A stretch of DNA of 64,000 bases, from NCBI GenBank assembly GCA_043744715.1, contig JAYTUE010000214.1, positions 41,332-105,331 of the forward strand. The letters are read 5' to 3'. Position 1 is the stretch's first letter. Every line of letters begins with the position of its first letter. A model generated the notes under the pieces. It was not told the origin of the DNA and ran no database searches. It was given only the letters and a program-made list of their open reading frames with translations. The position numbers were made by a program, and so were the translations under genes. The stretch is from Verrucomicrobiota bacterium (lineage in GTDB: Bacteria > Verrucomicrobiota > Verrucomicrobiia > Limisphaerales > CANJSG01). Shown piece by piece: positions 8,364-16,614 of this stretch.

Positions 8364-9443
8364 TTACTTGGTGCGCTTGTAGACGGCGAGGATGCGCTTG
8401 GAGTCTTCCGGCGCGGAGAACTCGGTCGGGCGAGTCACCGAGCTGTAGCAGACCTTCATGGTGTCGCCGCTGACCTCGTAGATGGCGTAGAAGGTCTTGA
8501 TGTCCCCCTCGTCCATGATGACGTCCATGGCCTTGCCGTTGATCTTGAGCGCGCCGTTGATCTCATGGTCGGGAGTCACGGCCTCGAAGCGGCCGCCTTT
8601 GATCGAGAGCTTGATGCCGGCGGGATCATTCGACGGGCGGCCATTGGCGATGATCTCGGAGCCGACCCATTTGCCCTGCATCTGGTCGAGGGCGCTCGCG
8701 ACGGAGGCGGTTCCGATCTCGCGGACGCGGATGTTGCGGAACTCGACGGTCATCGGTTCACCGACGTGGATCTGGAGAGCGAGGATGCCGGACTTGGCGC
8801 CCTTGTCGGGCTGCTCGTCGGAGACGATGGAGGTGACGCGGCCGTTGATGATGTGGGTCAACTGGTAGTCGCGAGCGATGACGGTGTAGTCGTTCCAGTC
8901 TTCGGCCTTGATGTTGGCCTGGAGTTCCTCGGTCTTGCCCACGCTGCCGACGACTTCGACCTTGGTCTTCTTCGGATCGGCGGGATCGGCCTTCACGATC
9001 GTGATCTGTCCGCGCTGGGCGAGGATGCCGCGGCCGCGCTCCTCGTAGTTGATGCCGGAGTAGGTCTTGGCGGCCTCGAAGTCAGCCTGGTAACCACCGA
9101 CGATCGGCCCCTGCTCGCCCTGCTGCACGACTTTGGAGCGATATTGCACGCCGGAATTGCCGAAGGTCTTGTCGTTGTTGGGAACGATCTTGTAGCTGAA
9201 GCGCAGCTCGAAGTTGGCGAACTCGGCGTTCGTGTAAACGAGGAAGGTGTTGTGCTTCAGTTTGTATTCCGGAGTCGTCTGGCCATGGATGACACCGTCC
9301 TTTACCGACCAGAGCTTGGGGTTGCCGGTCCAGCCGGAGAGGTCTTTGCCGTTGAAGAGGGGTTTGAAGCCGTCCTCGGCCGCGTGCGCGGCGGAGCCGA
9401 TGGCGAGCGAGGAGAGCAGGGCGAGGCGGAGAAGTGGTTTCAT
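8364..9443 (-). CDS. DUF1080 (3-keto-disaccharide hydrolase-like) protein with a TIGR03067-like C-terminal domain
   Basis: ORF 8364..9509; I moved the start to MKPLLRLALL (signal peptide). Motifs FKPLFNGKDLSGWTG, FELRFSYKI, NSGVQYRS, LALQIHVGEPMTVEFRNIRVREI. C-terminal GKWVGSEIIANG...AIYEVSGDTMKVCYS...RPTEF. Confidence 0.75.
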   Translation of the reverse strand: MKPLLRLALLSSLAIGSAAHAAEDGFKPLFNGKDLSGWTGNPKLWSVKDGVIHGQTTPEYKLKHNTFLVYTNAEFANFELRFSYKIVPNNDKTFGNSGVQYRSKVVQQGEQGPIVGGYQADFEAAKTYSGINYEERGRGILAQRGQITIVKADPADPKKTKVEVVGSVGKTEELQANIKAEDWNDYTVIARDYQLTHIINGRVTSIVSDEQPDKGAKSGILALQIHVGEPMTVEFRNIRVREIGTASVASALDQMQGKWVGSEIIANGRPSNDPAGIKLSIKGGRFEAVTPDHEINGALKINGKAMDVIMDEGDIKTFYAIYEVSGDTMKVCYSSVTRPTEFSAPEDSKRILAVYKRTK

Positions 9444-9565
9444 GGTCTTGGGAAGTTGGTTTTGCTGAAGAGTGGAAGCGGCGAAGGATCGGAATGGTTC
9501 TGGTAGCATTGCTGTCAGGACCAGCCTCCCGGCGAGCGGCTGCCGGGAGGCTTCGGCGAAAGGGA

Positions 9566-10411
9566 TTACTTGAGGGCCTTCTTGAGGAACTTGAGGCCCT
9601 TGACCGCGATCTCATTGCGGGTGGGTTCCATCTTGCGCCAGATGGCGGCCGCGCGGGCGATGACCTTCACGTCGGTGGTGAAGCTCTCGATGACGACGTC
9701 GCCCTTGTATTTGATCTTCTTCAGCGCCTTGGCGATGGGCTTCCAGTCGATGTGGTCGTTGCCGGGAGTGCCGCGGTCGCTGCCGCAGGCGTGGAAGTGG
9801 GCGAGGTGTTTGCCGGCCTTGAGGATGGCGGCGGCCTGGTTCTTCTCCTCGATGTTCATGTGGAAGGTGTCGAGGTGGAGCTTCAGCGCGGGGCTGCCGA
9901 CCGCCTTGATGAGCTTCAAGCCCTGGTCGCAGGTGTTGAGGAAGTCGGTCTCGAAGCGGTTGAGCGGCTCGACGGCGATCTGCACGCCGCGCTTTTCGGC
10001 ATAGGCGGAGAGATCCTTCAGGTTCTTCACCACGAGCGCCCATTCGATCTTCTGCGCGGAGGCTTCAACGGCGTCGGCCTTGCCCACGACGCTGTAGACC
10101 GGGCCGATCAACGTCGGGCAGCCGAGGACGACCATCTGGTCGATGAGGGCCTTGCAGTAGTCCATGGCCGTCTTCTGTTCTTCGGCTGTGCCGCGGAAGT
10201 CGCGGCCGGGTCCCATGGCGGCGCAGACGGAACCGCAGGCGAGCTTGGCCTTGTCGAGCTCGGCCTTCACGTGCGCGGGATCGATGTGGGACGGATCTTC
10301 GATCGCGATCTCGATGGTCTCGAAGCCCCAAGTCTTGAACTGCTTGAAGAGCTTGGTGCTGGCGTTGGTGAAGGGGGAGGTGAAGAGGAATGAATTGATG
10401 CCGAATCTCAT
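9566..10411 (-). CDS. Sugar phosphate isomerase/epimerase (xylose isomerase-like TIM barrel)
   Basis: ORF 9566..10444; start taken at MRFGINSFLF. Typical blocks FETIEIAIEDP, IAVEPLNRFETDFLNT, LHLDTFHMNIEE, FHACGSDRGTPG. Confidence 0.75.
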   Translation of the reverse strand: MRFGINSFLFTSPFTNASTKLFKQFKTWGFETIEIAIEDPSHIDPAHVKAELDKAKLACGSVCAAMGPGRDFRGTAEEQKTAMDYCKALIDQMVVLGCPTLIGPVYSVVGKADAVEASAQKIEWALVVKNLKDLSAYAEKRGVQIAVEPLNRFETDFLNTCDQGLKLIKAVGSPALKLHLDTFHMNIEEKNQAAAILKAGKHLAHFHACGSDRGTPGNDHIDWKPIAKALKKIKYKGDVVIESFTTDVKVIARAAAIWRKMEPTRNEIAVKGLKFLKKALK

Positions 10412-10528
10412 AAAGCGTGTGGAATTCGCCGTGAGGCTAAACAAGGCCGGGGGTCAGTCAAAGCTTTTGCCCAGTAAGACGAGGCTGCTCCGTTGCCATG
10501 GCTGCCGTGGGTTCCGTAGTTTTACGTG

Positions 10529-11089
10529 ATGCGGACGGCATTCAAAGAATGGGCCATCGTGGTCGACGCGCTCGGGCGCGGGGAACAGATCCTCATCCTG
10601 CGGAAGGGCGGGATCGCGGAGGGCCGTGGCGGCTTCAAGCCGGAGCACGAACGGTTTCTTCTGTTTCCGACATTGTTCCACCAGCAGCGCGAGTCCGTCG
10701 TCCCGGCGGCGCAGGCGCGGTATGACGTGATCGCGCCCGGTCTGCCCGGCCCGGAGACGTTGCGCTTGGAATTCACGGCGGAAGTCGTGTTCGTCCGCCA
10801 GCTCCAGACTCTGGCGGAGGCGGAACGGGTGAAGGGCCTCCACCTCTGGCGCGATGAGCTGGTGGCCGAGCGGTTCGATTGGGGCCGGGACAAGAGTCTC
10901 TACGTGATGGCGGTGCGAATCCGGCGGCTGCCGCAACGGATCGATCTGCCGATGTTGCCCGCATATGGCGGTTGCAAGTCGTGGATCGAAACCGCCGTCG
11001 ACGTGGACGATTCGGCAGCGGTGTCGGTGCTGAGTGACGCGGAGTTTACGGCGAAGCTGGCGGCGGTGGAGAAGGCGTTGGCGGGCTGA
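10529..11089 (+). CDS. DUF1802-family protein
   Basis: The N-terminus MRTAFKEWAIVVDALGRGEQILILRKGGI matches the DUF1802 signature as I remember it. Either GTG 10526 or ATG 10529 could be the start. Confidence 0.55.
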   Translation: MRTAFKEWAIVVDALGRGEQILILRKGGIAEGRGGFKPEHERFLLFPTLFHQQRESVVPAAQARYDVIAPGLPGPETLRLEFTAEVVFVRQLQTLAEAERVKGLHLWRDELVAERFDWGRDKSLYVMAVRIRRLPQRIDLPMLPAYGGCKSWIETAVDVDDSAAVSVLSDAEFTAKLAAVEKALAG

Positions 11090-11130
11090 CTTGAATGGGC
11101 TTAACGGCAGCTCAGCCCTGCCATTCTAGG

Positions 11131-12546
11131 CTAGGTGAGGCCGCGCTGCTGCGCGGCCTTGGAATCTTCGGCAAGGATTAGTTCGACGGCTGCTTTCACA
11201 TCCGGAGCCGAGTAGTCGGGCGAAACCGCGTGCCGTTGATCGCCGCCGCCGTAGCCCGTGCTGACGAGGATGCTGCGGATGCCGGCGTTCTTGGCGGTCT
11301 GGATGTCGGTCGTGGTGTCGCCGATGAACCACGAACGCGTCAGGTCGATGTTCAGGTCGCGGACGGACTGCTCGACCATGCCGGTCTTTGGCTTGCGGCA
11401 ATCGCAGGCGATCTTCAGCTCGGGCCGTTCGCCGGGGAACCCTTTCTCCGGGTGGTGCGGGCAGAAGTAGATGCGGTCGAGGAACGCGTGCTCCATTCCC
11501 AGCAGGGTCTCCATCTTGTCGTGCGTGCGGCGGAGTTCGCCGTCGGAGGTGAAGCCCTTGGCGACGACGGGTTGGTTGGTGACGAGGACAGTGCGGTAGC
11601 CCGCGAGGTTCAGCGCATGCACCGCGTCCGCGGCTCCGGGAAGAAGCTCCAGTTCCTCCGCCGTGCGCAATCCGTCGCGGCTGACTTCCTTCACCAACGT
11701 TCCGTCGCGATCGAGGAAGACGGCGGGTTGTTGGACATCGAGGGAGCTGCGGGCGATTACGCCGGAGGCAAGCTGTCCGGCGATCTTGTCGTAACGCTCG
11801 GGGGTTCCGATATCTTTGATGAACTCAGGTGTGTTGTAGCCGAGCAGGCGCGCGCCGTTGCGGAGCATCGCGGGGAAGACGTCCTTGCCGAAATCCAACA
11901 GCGTCCGAGGTCGCGTATCCGGCATCTGGAATCCGGCATCTGGAATCTGACCCGATGCCTGATGCCTGATACCGGATTCCAGATGCCGGAACGGTTCGAG
12001 CGCGCCCTTCTCGAGGATGTAGAGCCCGGCGTTGACGAGATTCTGCCGCCAGACTCCGGCGGGATGCGGGCGGTTGTGGAAGGCGGTGACGTTGTCTTTG
12101 TTGTCCACTTCGACGAGGTCGGAATCGAGCGGGTGGTCGTTCGGGTGCAACACGAGCGACGCGGCGGCGTTTGCCTTTTCGTGGGCCTGACGGAGCCGCG
12201 TCAGGTCGAGGTTCAGCATCGTGTCTCCGTAGAGCACGGCGAACCGGTCGGCCAATAGATCAAAGCCGTCCAAGACCGCGCCGGCCGTGCCGAGGGGTTC
12301 ACGTTCCACAACGTGGCGGATGTGGACTCCAAACTTCGCGCCGTCGCCGAAGTGGGCGTCGATGATGTCCGCGCGGTAGCAGGAGAAGATGAGGATGTCG
12401 GTGAAGCCGTGCTTCCGGCAGAGCTCGATGTGGTATTCGAGCAATGGCCGGCCGGCGAAGGGGATCATCGGCTTGGGCAAATCGCCAAGCCGGGCGCGGA
12501 GCCGGGTGCCCATGCCGCCGGCGAGGATGATGGACTGATGGGACAT
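11131..12546 (-). CDS. Bifunctional sugar-1-phosphate nucleotidyltransferase / D,D-heptose 1,7-bisphosphate phosphatase (GmhB-like) fusion
   Basis: 471 aa. N-terminal IILAGGMGTRL...PKPMIPFAGRPLLEY...EPLGTAGAV...VLYGDT (NTP_transferase). C-terminal VFLDRDGTL...VTNQP...YFCPHHPE...CDCRKP...FIGDTTTD (HAD GmhB with its Cys/His zinc motif). Confidence 0.75.
   Translation of the reverse strand: MSHQSIILAGGMGTRLRARLGDLPKPMIPFAGRPLLEYHIELCRKHGFTDILIFSCYRADIIDAHFGDGAKFGVHIRHVVEREPLGTAGAVLDGFDLLADRFAVLYGDTMLNLDLTRLRQAHEKANAAASLVLHPNDHPLDSDLVEVDNKDNVTAFHNRPHPAGVWRQNLVNAGLYILEKGALEPFRHLESGIRHQASGQIPDAGFQMPDTRPRTLLDFGKDVFPAMLRNGARLLGYNTPEFIKDIGTPERYDKIAGQLASGVIARSSLDVQQPAVFLDRDGTLVKEVSRDGLRTAEELELLPGAADAVHALNLAGYRTVLVTNQPVVAKGFTSDGELRRTHDKMETLLGMEHAFLDRIYFCPHHPEKGFPGERPELKIACDCRKPKTGMVEQSVRDLNIDLTRSWFIGDTTTDIQTAKNAGIRSILVSTGYGGGDQRHAVSPDYSAPDVKAAVELILAEDSKAAQQRGLT
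11919..11989. repeat. 71-nt palindromic heptamer-phased repeat inside the nucleotidyltransferase CDS
   Basis: CCGGCATCTGGAATCCGG...CCGGATTCCAGATGCCGG are perfect 18-nt inverted ends. The interior is built from 7-nt units (GATGCCT, GATGCCT, GATACCG, GATTCCA, GATGCCG and their complements). It encodes RHLESGIRHQASGQIPDAGFQMPD in frame. Confidence 0.85.
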
Positions 12547-12642
12547 GGGTAAAGGGATGGGGGATGAATTATGAAGTATGAAGAGAACGGGTCAGGACGC
12601 AGGCGATGGTTTCATGCCTCATCCTTCATCCCTCATCCCTGT

Positions 12643-13605
12643 TCACAGCCCCTGTTCGGTCGCGACTTCGTTCACCGAGCGGTCGACGGCTTCGTTCGAG
12701 GTGAGGCGCGGGCTCCAGCCGAGGCGCTTGAGCTTGTCGACGGAGTATTGGAAACGAGGCACGTCGCCGATCCAGCCCCGGCTGCCGCCGGTGTAGTTGA
12801 TCTTGGCACCGGGGGAGACGCGTTTGACCACGGCGTCGGCCATGTAGCGGACGGTGGTGAGCGAGTCGGAGGTGCCGATGTTGTAGAACGCGAGATGCTC
12901 CGTCGCCGTGTCGACGATGTAGAGCATGGCTTCCACGAGGTCGGCCACGTGGAAGTAGGGCTTCTCCTGCGTGCCGTCGCCGAGGACTTCGAGCTCGGCC
13001 TTGTTGCGTTTCAGCTTCTGCACGAAGTCGTAGATCGCGCCGTGGGTGGAGCGGCTGCCGACGACGTTGGGGAAACGGAAGATCCAGGCGCGGGTCAGGA
13101 TCGTCTGCAGCGCGGTGGAGATGATGGCCTCGGAGGCGAGCTTCATCGCGCCGTAGTTGGAGATGGGGAAAAGCGGTCCGATGTCCTCCGAAAGTTTGGC
13201 CGGGTGTTCGCCGTAGATGGCGGAGGTGGAGGCGAAGGCGATGCGCTTGATCGAGAAATCCTTCATCACCTTCAGCAGGTTGAAGGTGGTCATGAACGTG
13301 TCGCGCAGGTCCACGTCGGGATTGGTGGCGCCGGCGCGGATGTCGGAATTGGCCGCGAGGTGCCAGGCCATCTCGTAGGCTCCGTCGCCGCCTTCGGTTT
13401 CGAGAGCGCGGCGCATGGCGGCGAGGTCGTTGACGTCGGCCTCGTGGAACTTGAACTGGCCGGTGGCGAGGGCCTTGGCGTTGTTGTCGCGCCGGCCGAG
13501 CTTGAGGTTGTCGACCCCGACCACGGTGTGTCCGCGGGCGATGAGGGCATCGACGAGGTGGCAGCCGATGAAACCCGCGGCTCCGGTGACAAGGCACTTG
13601 CTCAT
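12643..13605 (-). CDS. NAD-dependent epimerase/dehydratase (extended SDR)
   Basis: ORF 12643..13641; start taken at MSKCLVTGAAGFIGCHLV (Rossmann GxxGxxG). The catalytic YxxxK is present as YGAMK. Confidence 0.8.
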   Translation of the reverse strand: MSKCLVTGAAGFIGCHLVDALIARGHTVVGVDNLKLGRRDNNAKALATGQFKFHEADVNDLAAMRRALETEGGDGAYEMAWHLAANSDIRAGATNPDVDLRDTFMTTFNLLKVMKDFSIKRIAFASTSAIYGEHPAKLSEDIGPLFPISNYGAMKLASEAIISTALQTILTRAWIFRFPNVVGSRSTHGAIYDFVQKLKRNKAELEVLGDGTQEKPYFHVADLVEAMLYIVDTATEHLAFYNIGTSDSLTTVRYMADAVVKRVSPGAKINYTGGSRGWIGDVPRFQYSVDKLKRLGWSPRLTSNEAVDRSVNEVATEQGL

Positions 13606-13660
13606 GGGAAGAGTGTGGGTTGGCCCGGAGCCTGCGGGCAAGCGGGGAGGTTGGCCGGCG

Positions 13661-13732
13661 GTGTCCTAATCTGGGCTCTTAAACTTCTTCGTAATCCGAT
13701 TAAGAAAAAGATGAAGAGCATGATTAGGACAC
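13661..13732 (-). promoter_or_regulatory. AT-rich segment bracketed by an 11-bp perfect inverted repeat, upstream of the epimerase operon
   Basis: GTGTCCTAATC (13661-13671) and GATTAGGACAC (13722-13732) flank 50 nt of AT-rich sequence (ttaagaaaaagatgaagag). It lies 56-127 nt upstream of the ATG at 13605. No function is demonstrated. Confidence 0.25.
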
Positions 13733-13764
13733 TGCCGTTTGGTCGGGGGCGACTTAGCCGGGAT

Positions 13765-13954
13765 CATGCAGTTGCAGGACGATCCGCGAAGCGGACTCGG
13801 CAAAGTAGGGCAGTGCATCCTGCCTGCCCAAGACGCTCCCGGCATGGAACCAAACGGGTCGGGAGTGTCAGGGCGTTCATTGTTGCGGGAACCCTTGTCA
13901 GCACGGGGCAGGCTGGAAGCCCGCCCTACTCTCTACTGCATGGGTCCGGCTCAG
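13765..13954. repeat. MITE-like dispersed repeat, family A, copy 1
   Basis: Bounded by CATGCAG ... CTGCATG. Subterminal GTAGGGCAGTGCATCCTGCCTGCCC and GGGGCAGGCTGGAAGCCCGCCCTAC form imperfect inverted repeats. It aligns with the copies at ~23.83-24.01 kb and ~37.39-37.57 kb. Confidence 0.7.
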
Positions 13955-13986
13955 AACAATCAGGCACCATGGATGGAGTAGAACCT

Positions 13987-14066
13987 GTCAAAACTCTTTA
14001 GAAATGTCCCCTTAAGAACTCAGGAGAAAATGTCCAGAAGGGGACATTTCTAAAGAGTTCTGACAC
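13987..14066. repeat. Palindromic repeat, family F
   Basis: GTCAAAACTCTTTAGAAATGTCCCCTT and AAGGGGACATTTCTAAAGAGTTCTGACAC are ~27-nt inverted arms around a 24-nt spacer. One arm recurs, interrupted, at 47211-47371. Confidence 0.8.
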
Positions 14067-14084
14067 TGGCCCTGCACGCGCGGC

Positions 14085-14816
14085 GTGACAACGTTGGACG
14101 ACGATTTCCCGGATGTGCCGGAACAGATCATTTTCACCACGCCGCGCCTACGCGATGAGCTTTTCGCCGCCGGCATTCTCACATCGACCAACCAGGCCGA
14201 TTTCCTCCTGCAAGGTCCGCCCACGAAAGACCGCATCTGGACTTCCGCCGCCGCACACGTGATCCAGAAACGCCGACCGAACTTCATGGCGATCCACATG
14301 CTGATCACCGATTCGACCCAGCACAAATACGGCCCGAACTCTCCAGCCGCCTACACCGCGCTGGCACTCGCGGACACGCAGCTCGGCGATGTGCTCAAGG
14401 CCATCGACACCGCCGGTATCCGCGACACGACGACGCTCTTCGTCACGGCGGACCACGGCTTCGCGGGGGCGTTGAAGGCGGTGAATCCGAATGTCGCCTT
14501 CCGCAAGGCCGGCCTCATCCGCGTGGCCGCGTCGCCGGCGCTGATCAGCGCGAAGGCCCAGAGCATTTCCGAAGGCAGGATAGCGATGGTTTACCTGACC
14601 GATCCCAGGACCCGTAAGGAAGACGAGGCTAAGGTCATCTCCCTCCTGCGCGAGGCTGAAGGCGTGGCGGACATCCTCACGCCGGACAAGTTTTCCGCGC
14701 TCCACCTGCCAGACCCGGACAAGAACCCGCAGATGGCGAACCTCCTCGGCCAGTCGTTGCCCGACGTGGACGGCAAGGTCATCGAAGGCCTGCTGACCGA
14801 GGAGGCTGCGCGCTGA
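14085..14816 (+). pseudogene. Decayed nucleotide pyrophosphatase/phosphodiesterase (alkaline-phosphatase superfamily) gene
   Basis: The 243-aa ORF keeps the central metal-ligand blocks (MAIHMLITDSTQHKYGP, LFVTADHGF). It lacks the N-terminal signal peptide and the nucleophile region. It also seems to have an internal deletion near NPQMA/NLLGQSLPDVDGKVIEGL that removes the distal GxHG block. Repeats lie directly upstream. Confidence 0.5.
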
Positions 14817-14976
14817 CGGACTAAGGTATCGGGCGAAGTCGCGGAGGTAGGGCGCAGGCTCCCGCCAAGCCGCCTGGAAACTTCCTGCTATCACGGCACG
14901 CAAAAGCGGCAATGCAACCTCTCCCGGCCGTTGGATTCCCCGGCATAGCCTGTCCGGTCTTCGCGAGCCACAAGGC

Positions 14977-15002
14977 GGCTCGGCAGGAGCCTTCGCCCTA
15001 CC
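14977..15002. repeat. GCCCTACC-type short repeat, family B, partial copy
   Basis: GGCTCGGCAGGAGCCTTCGCCCTACC is identical to the core of the hairpin at 22196-22226. Confidence 0.8.
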
Positions 15003-15055
15003 ACATTGAAGCTTCCGCCAGGGTTTCAAGGCACCCCCTAGTTGGATCAATCAGC

Positions 15056-16522
15056 TCAAGTAGGATTGGAGATCGGCGCTACTTGCTGCACGTTGCCGAG
15101 TCCCTTCACCAACTCCGGGAAACGGCATCCATCGCAGAGGGCGTTGGTGCGGGCGCAGAAGTCGCGCAGGATCTGGAGAAGTCCCTGTTGGCTCGCGGCC
15201 GTGGCCTCCAGACCGCGGGCGTTTCCTCCGAGCAGCCGCACGCGGGCCTGCTTGAGCAGCGAGTTGTCTTCACCTGATGGCCAGGCCAGCCAGAAATCGG
15301 TGGCTCGAAGAACGAGCTTCTGGTTGCGGCCGGCTTCAGCGCGCGCCGAAAACCACGGCAGGATGACGTTCACCGCCAGGTCGGTGGCGCGGGCCGCGCC
15401 GAGCAACGGCTGGGGTTTGGCGAGGCGCGCGGAATCCAAGGTCCAATGCCGGCTCCAATGGTCATCGGGACTGGGCAGAAGTTTTTCCAGCAAGGCCTCG
15501 GCGGAACCGTCTTCGAGAAACCATTTCTCCAGCCGTGCCACGAAGTCCGGCTGCGCCAGCCAGCGTGCGGCGAGAGCGAGGCGGCGCTGGGGAAAGTTCG
15601 CCGGGCGCAATCCATGCCGCCGCCATAGGGTCGCGGGCAGGACCACCTCGTCCCAGCGTTCCCGTTCGCGCCACCAGAGGTTCCAGAGCTGCTGGAGATG
15701 GGGCGGAAGGGTGGAACTGACGCGCGCCTTCGATTCGTGCGGCAGCAGATTCGCGAGTCCCAGCAGGCGGGCTTCAAGAGCCAGCGCCGTGTCCGGTTTC
15801 TGCCTGTCTCCATCTCCATGGATCAACGCGGCGAGCCGTTCCATCGGCCAGGTGTTGTGCTTGTAGCCGAGCGCGCGGAAGAGGCCTTCCCAGAGGGCCC
15901 CGTCCCAGCCGATGTCGCGGGCGCGACGGGCGAGATCGCCGGCCTTGCGCTGGAAACGGACGAGCGCCGCCTGGCGGATGAGCGCGTTGCGCGAGTCGAC
16001 GGCCAGCTCCTTCAACGGCGCGCAGCAACGGCCGAGGAACTCTTCCTGCCACGGCTGGCCTTCGGCCTGAAGCCACGGCAGCAGTTCGTCCCACGGCGCA
16101 TCGAGATGGGGCTCCATGGCCAGCGTCGCACGCCCGGATTTCGCGGAGCCACTGGACCAGATCACATGCAGGACGACGTTGTCGAAGGCCGGATTCGTAT
16201 CGTGGTGATGGGCCTTCCATCCGGACGGTTGAAGGTCGATCTCGATGTCGCCGGTCAAGGGCCGCGAGCCTTCCACATGGATGACGGCGTCGCGGAAATC
16301 GGGACCGCCCTCGCGGCTGTGGAAGCCCGGATGCAGGATGCGGACGCGGCGTCCGTCGGTGAGTTTGAGGGCGTCGCGCAGCAGGCGCTGGTGATGCCAG
16401 GCCAGTTGGAGCCACTTCTCCGGCGGCGGCGAAACGCGGTCGCCGTCGTGCAGCGCATCGCAGGCATGGAGGCCGCGCCACTGCGCATAGAGGCCGGCGG
16501 GGATGGGGCTCGGAATGGACAC
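15056..16522 (-). CDS. DUF2851-family protein
   Basis: ORF 15056..16645. ILHPGFHSREGGPDFRDAVIHVEG...GDIEIDLQPSGWKAHHHDTNPAFDNVVLHVIW matches the DUF2851 core. The start is uncertain. I prefer GTG at 16522 because the longer version would overlap the divergent htrA start. Confidence 0.65.
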   Translation of the reverse strand: MSIPSPIPAGLYAQWRGLHACDALHDGDRVSPPPEKWLQLAWHHQRLLRDALKLTDGRRVRILHPGFHSREGGPDFRDAVIHVEGSRPLTGDIEIDLQPSGWKAHHHDTNPAFDNVVLHVIWSSGSAKSGRATLAMEPHLDAPWDELLPWLQAEGQPWQEEFLGRCCAPLKELAVDSRNALIRQAALVRFQRKAGDLARRARDIGWDGALWEGLFRALGYKHNTWPMERLAALIHGDGDRQKPDTALALEARLLGLANLLPHESKARVSSTLPPHLQQLWNLWWRERERWDEVVLPATLWRRHGLRPANFPQRRLALAARWLAQPDFVARLEKWFLEDGSAEALLEKLLPSPDDHWSRHWTLDSARLAKPQPLLGAARATDLAVNVILPWFSARAEAGRNQKLVLRATDFWLAWPSGEDNSLLKQARVRLLGGNARGLEATAASQQGLLQILRDFCARTNALCDGCRFPELVKGLGNVQQVAPISNPT

Positions 16523-16614
16523 GCGGTTTGCTTTTCCGGGGAGCCGCCCGAAAGTCAAGCTGCGGGTGGGTTGAACACCGTGGCCCACCCGCTGTCCGGA
16601 ATCCTGTTGAACTG

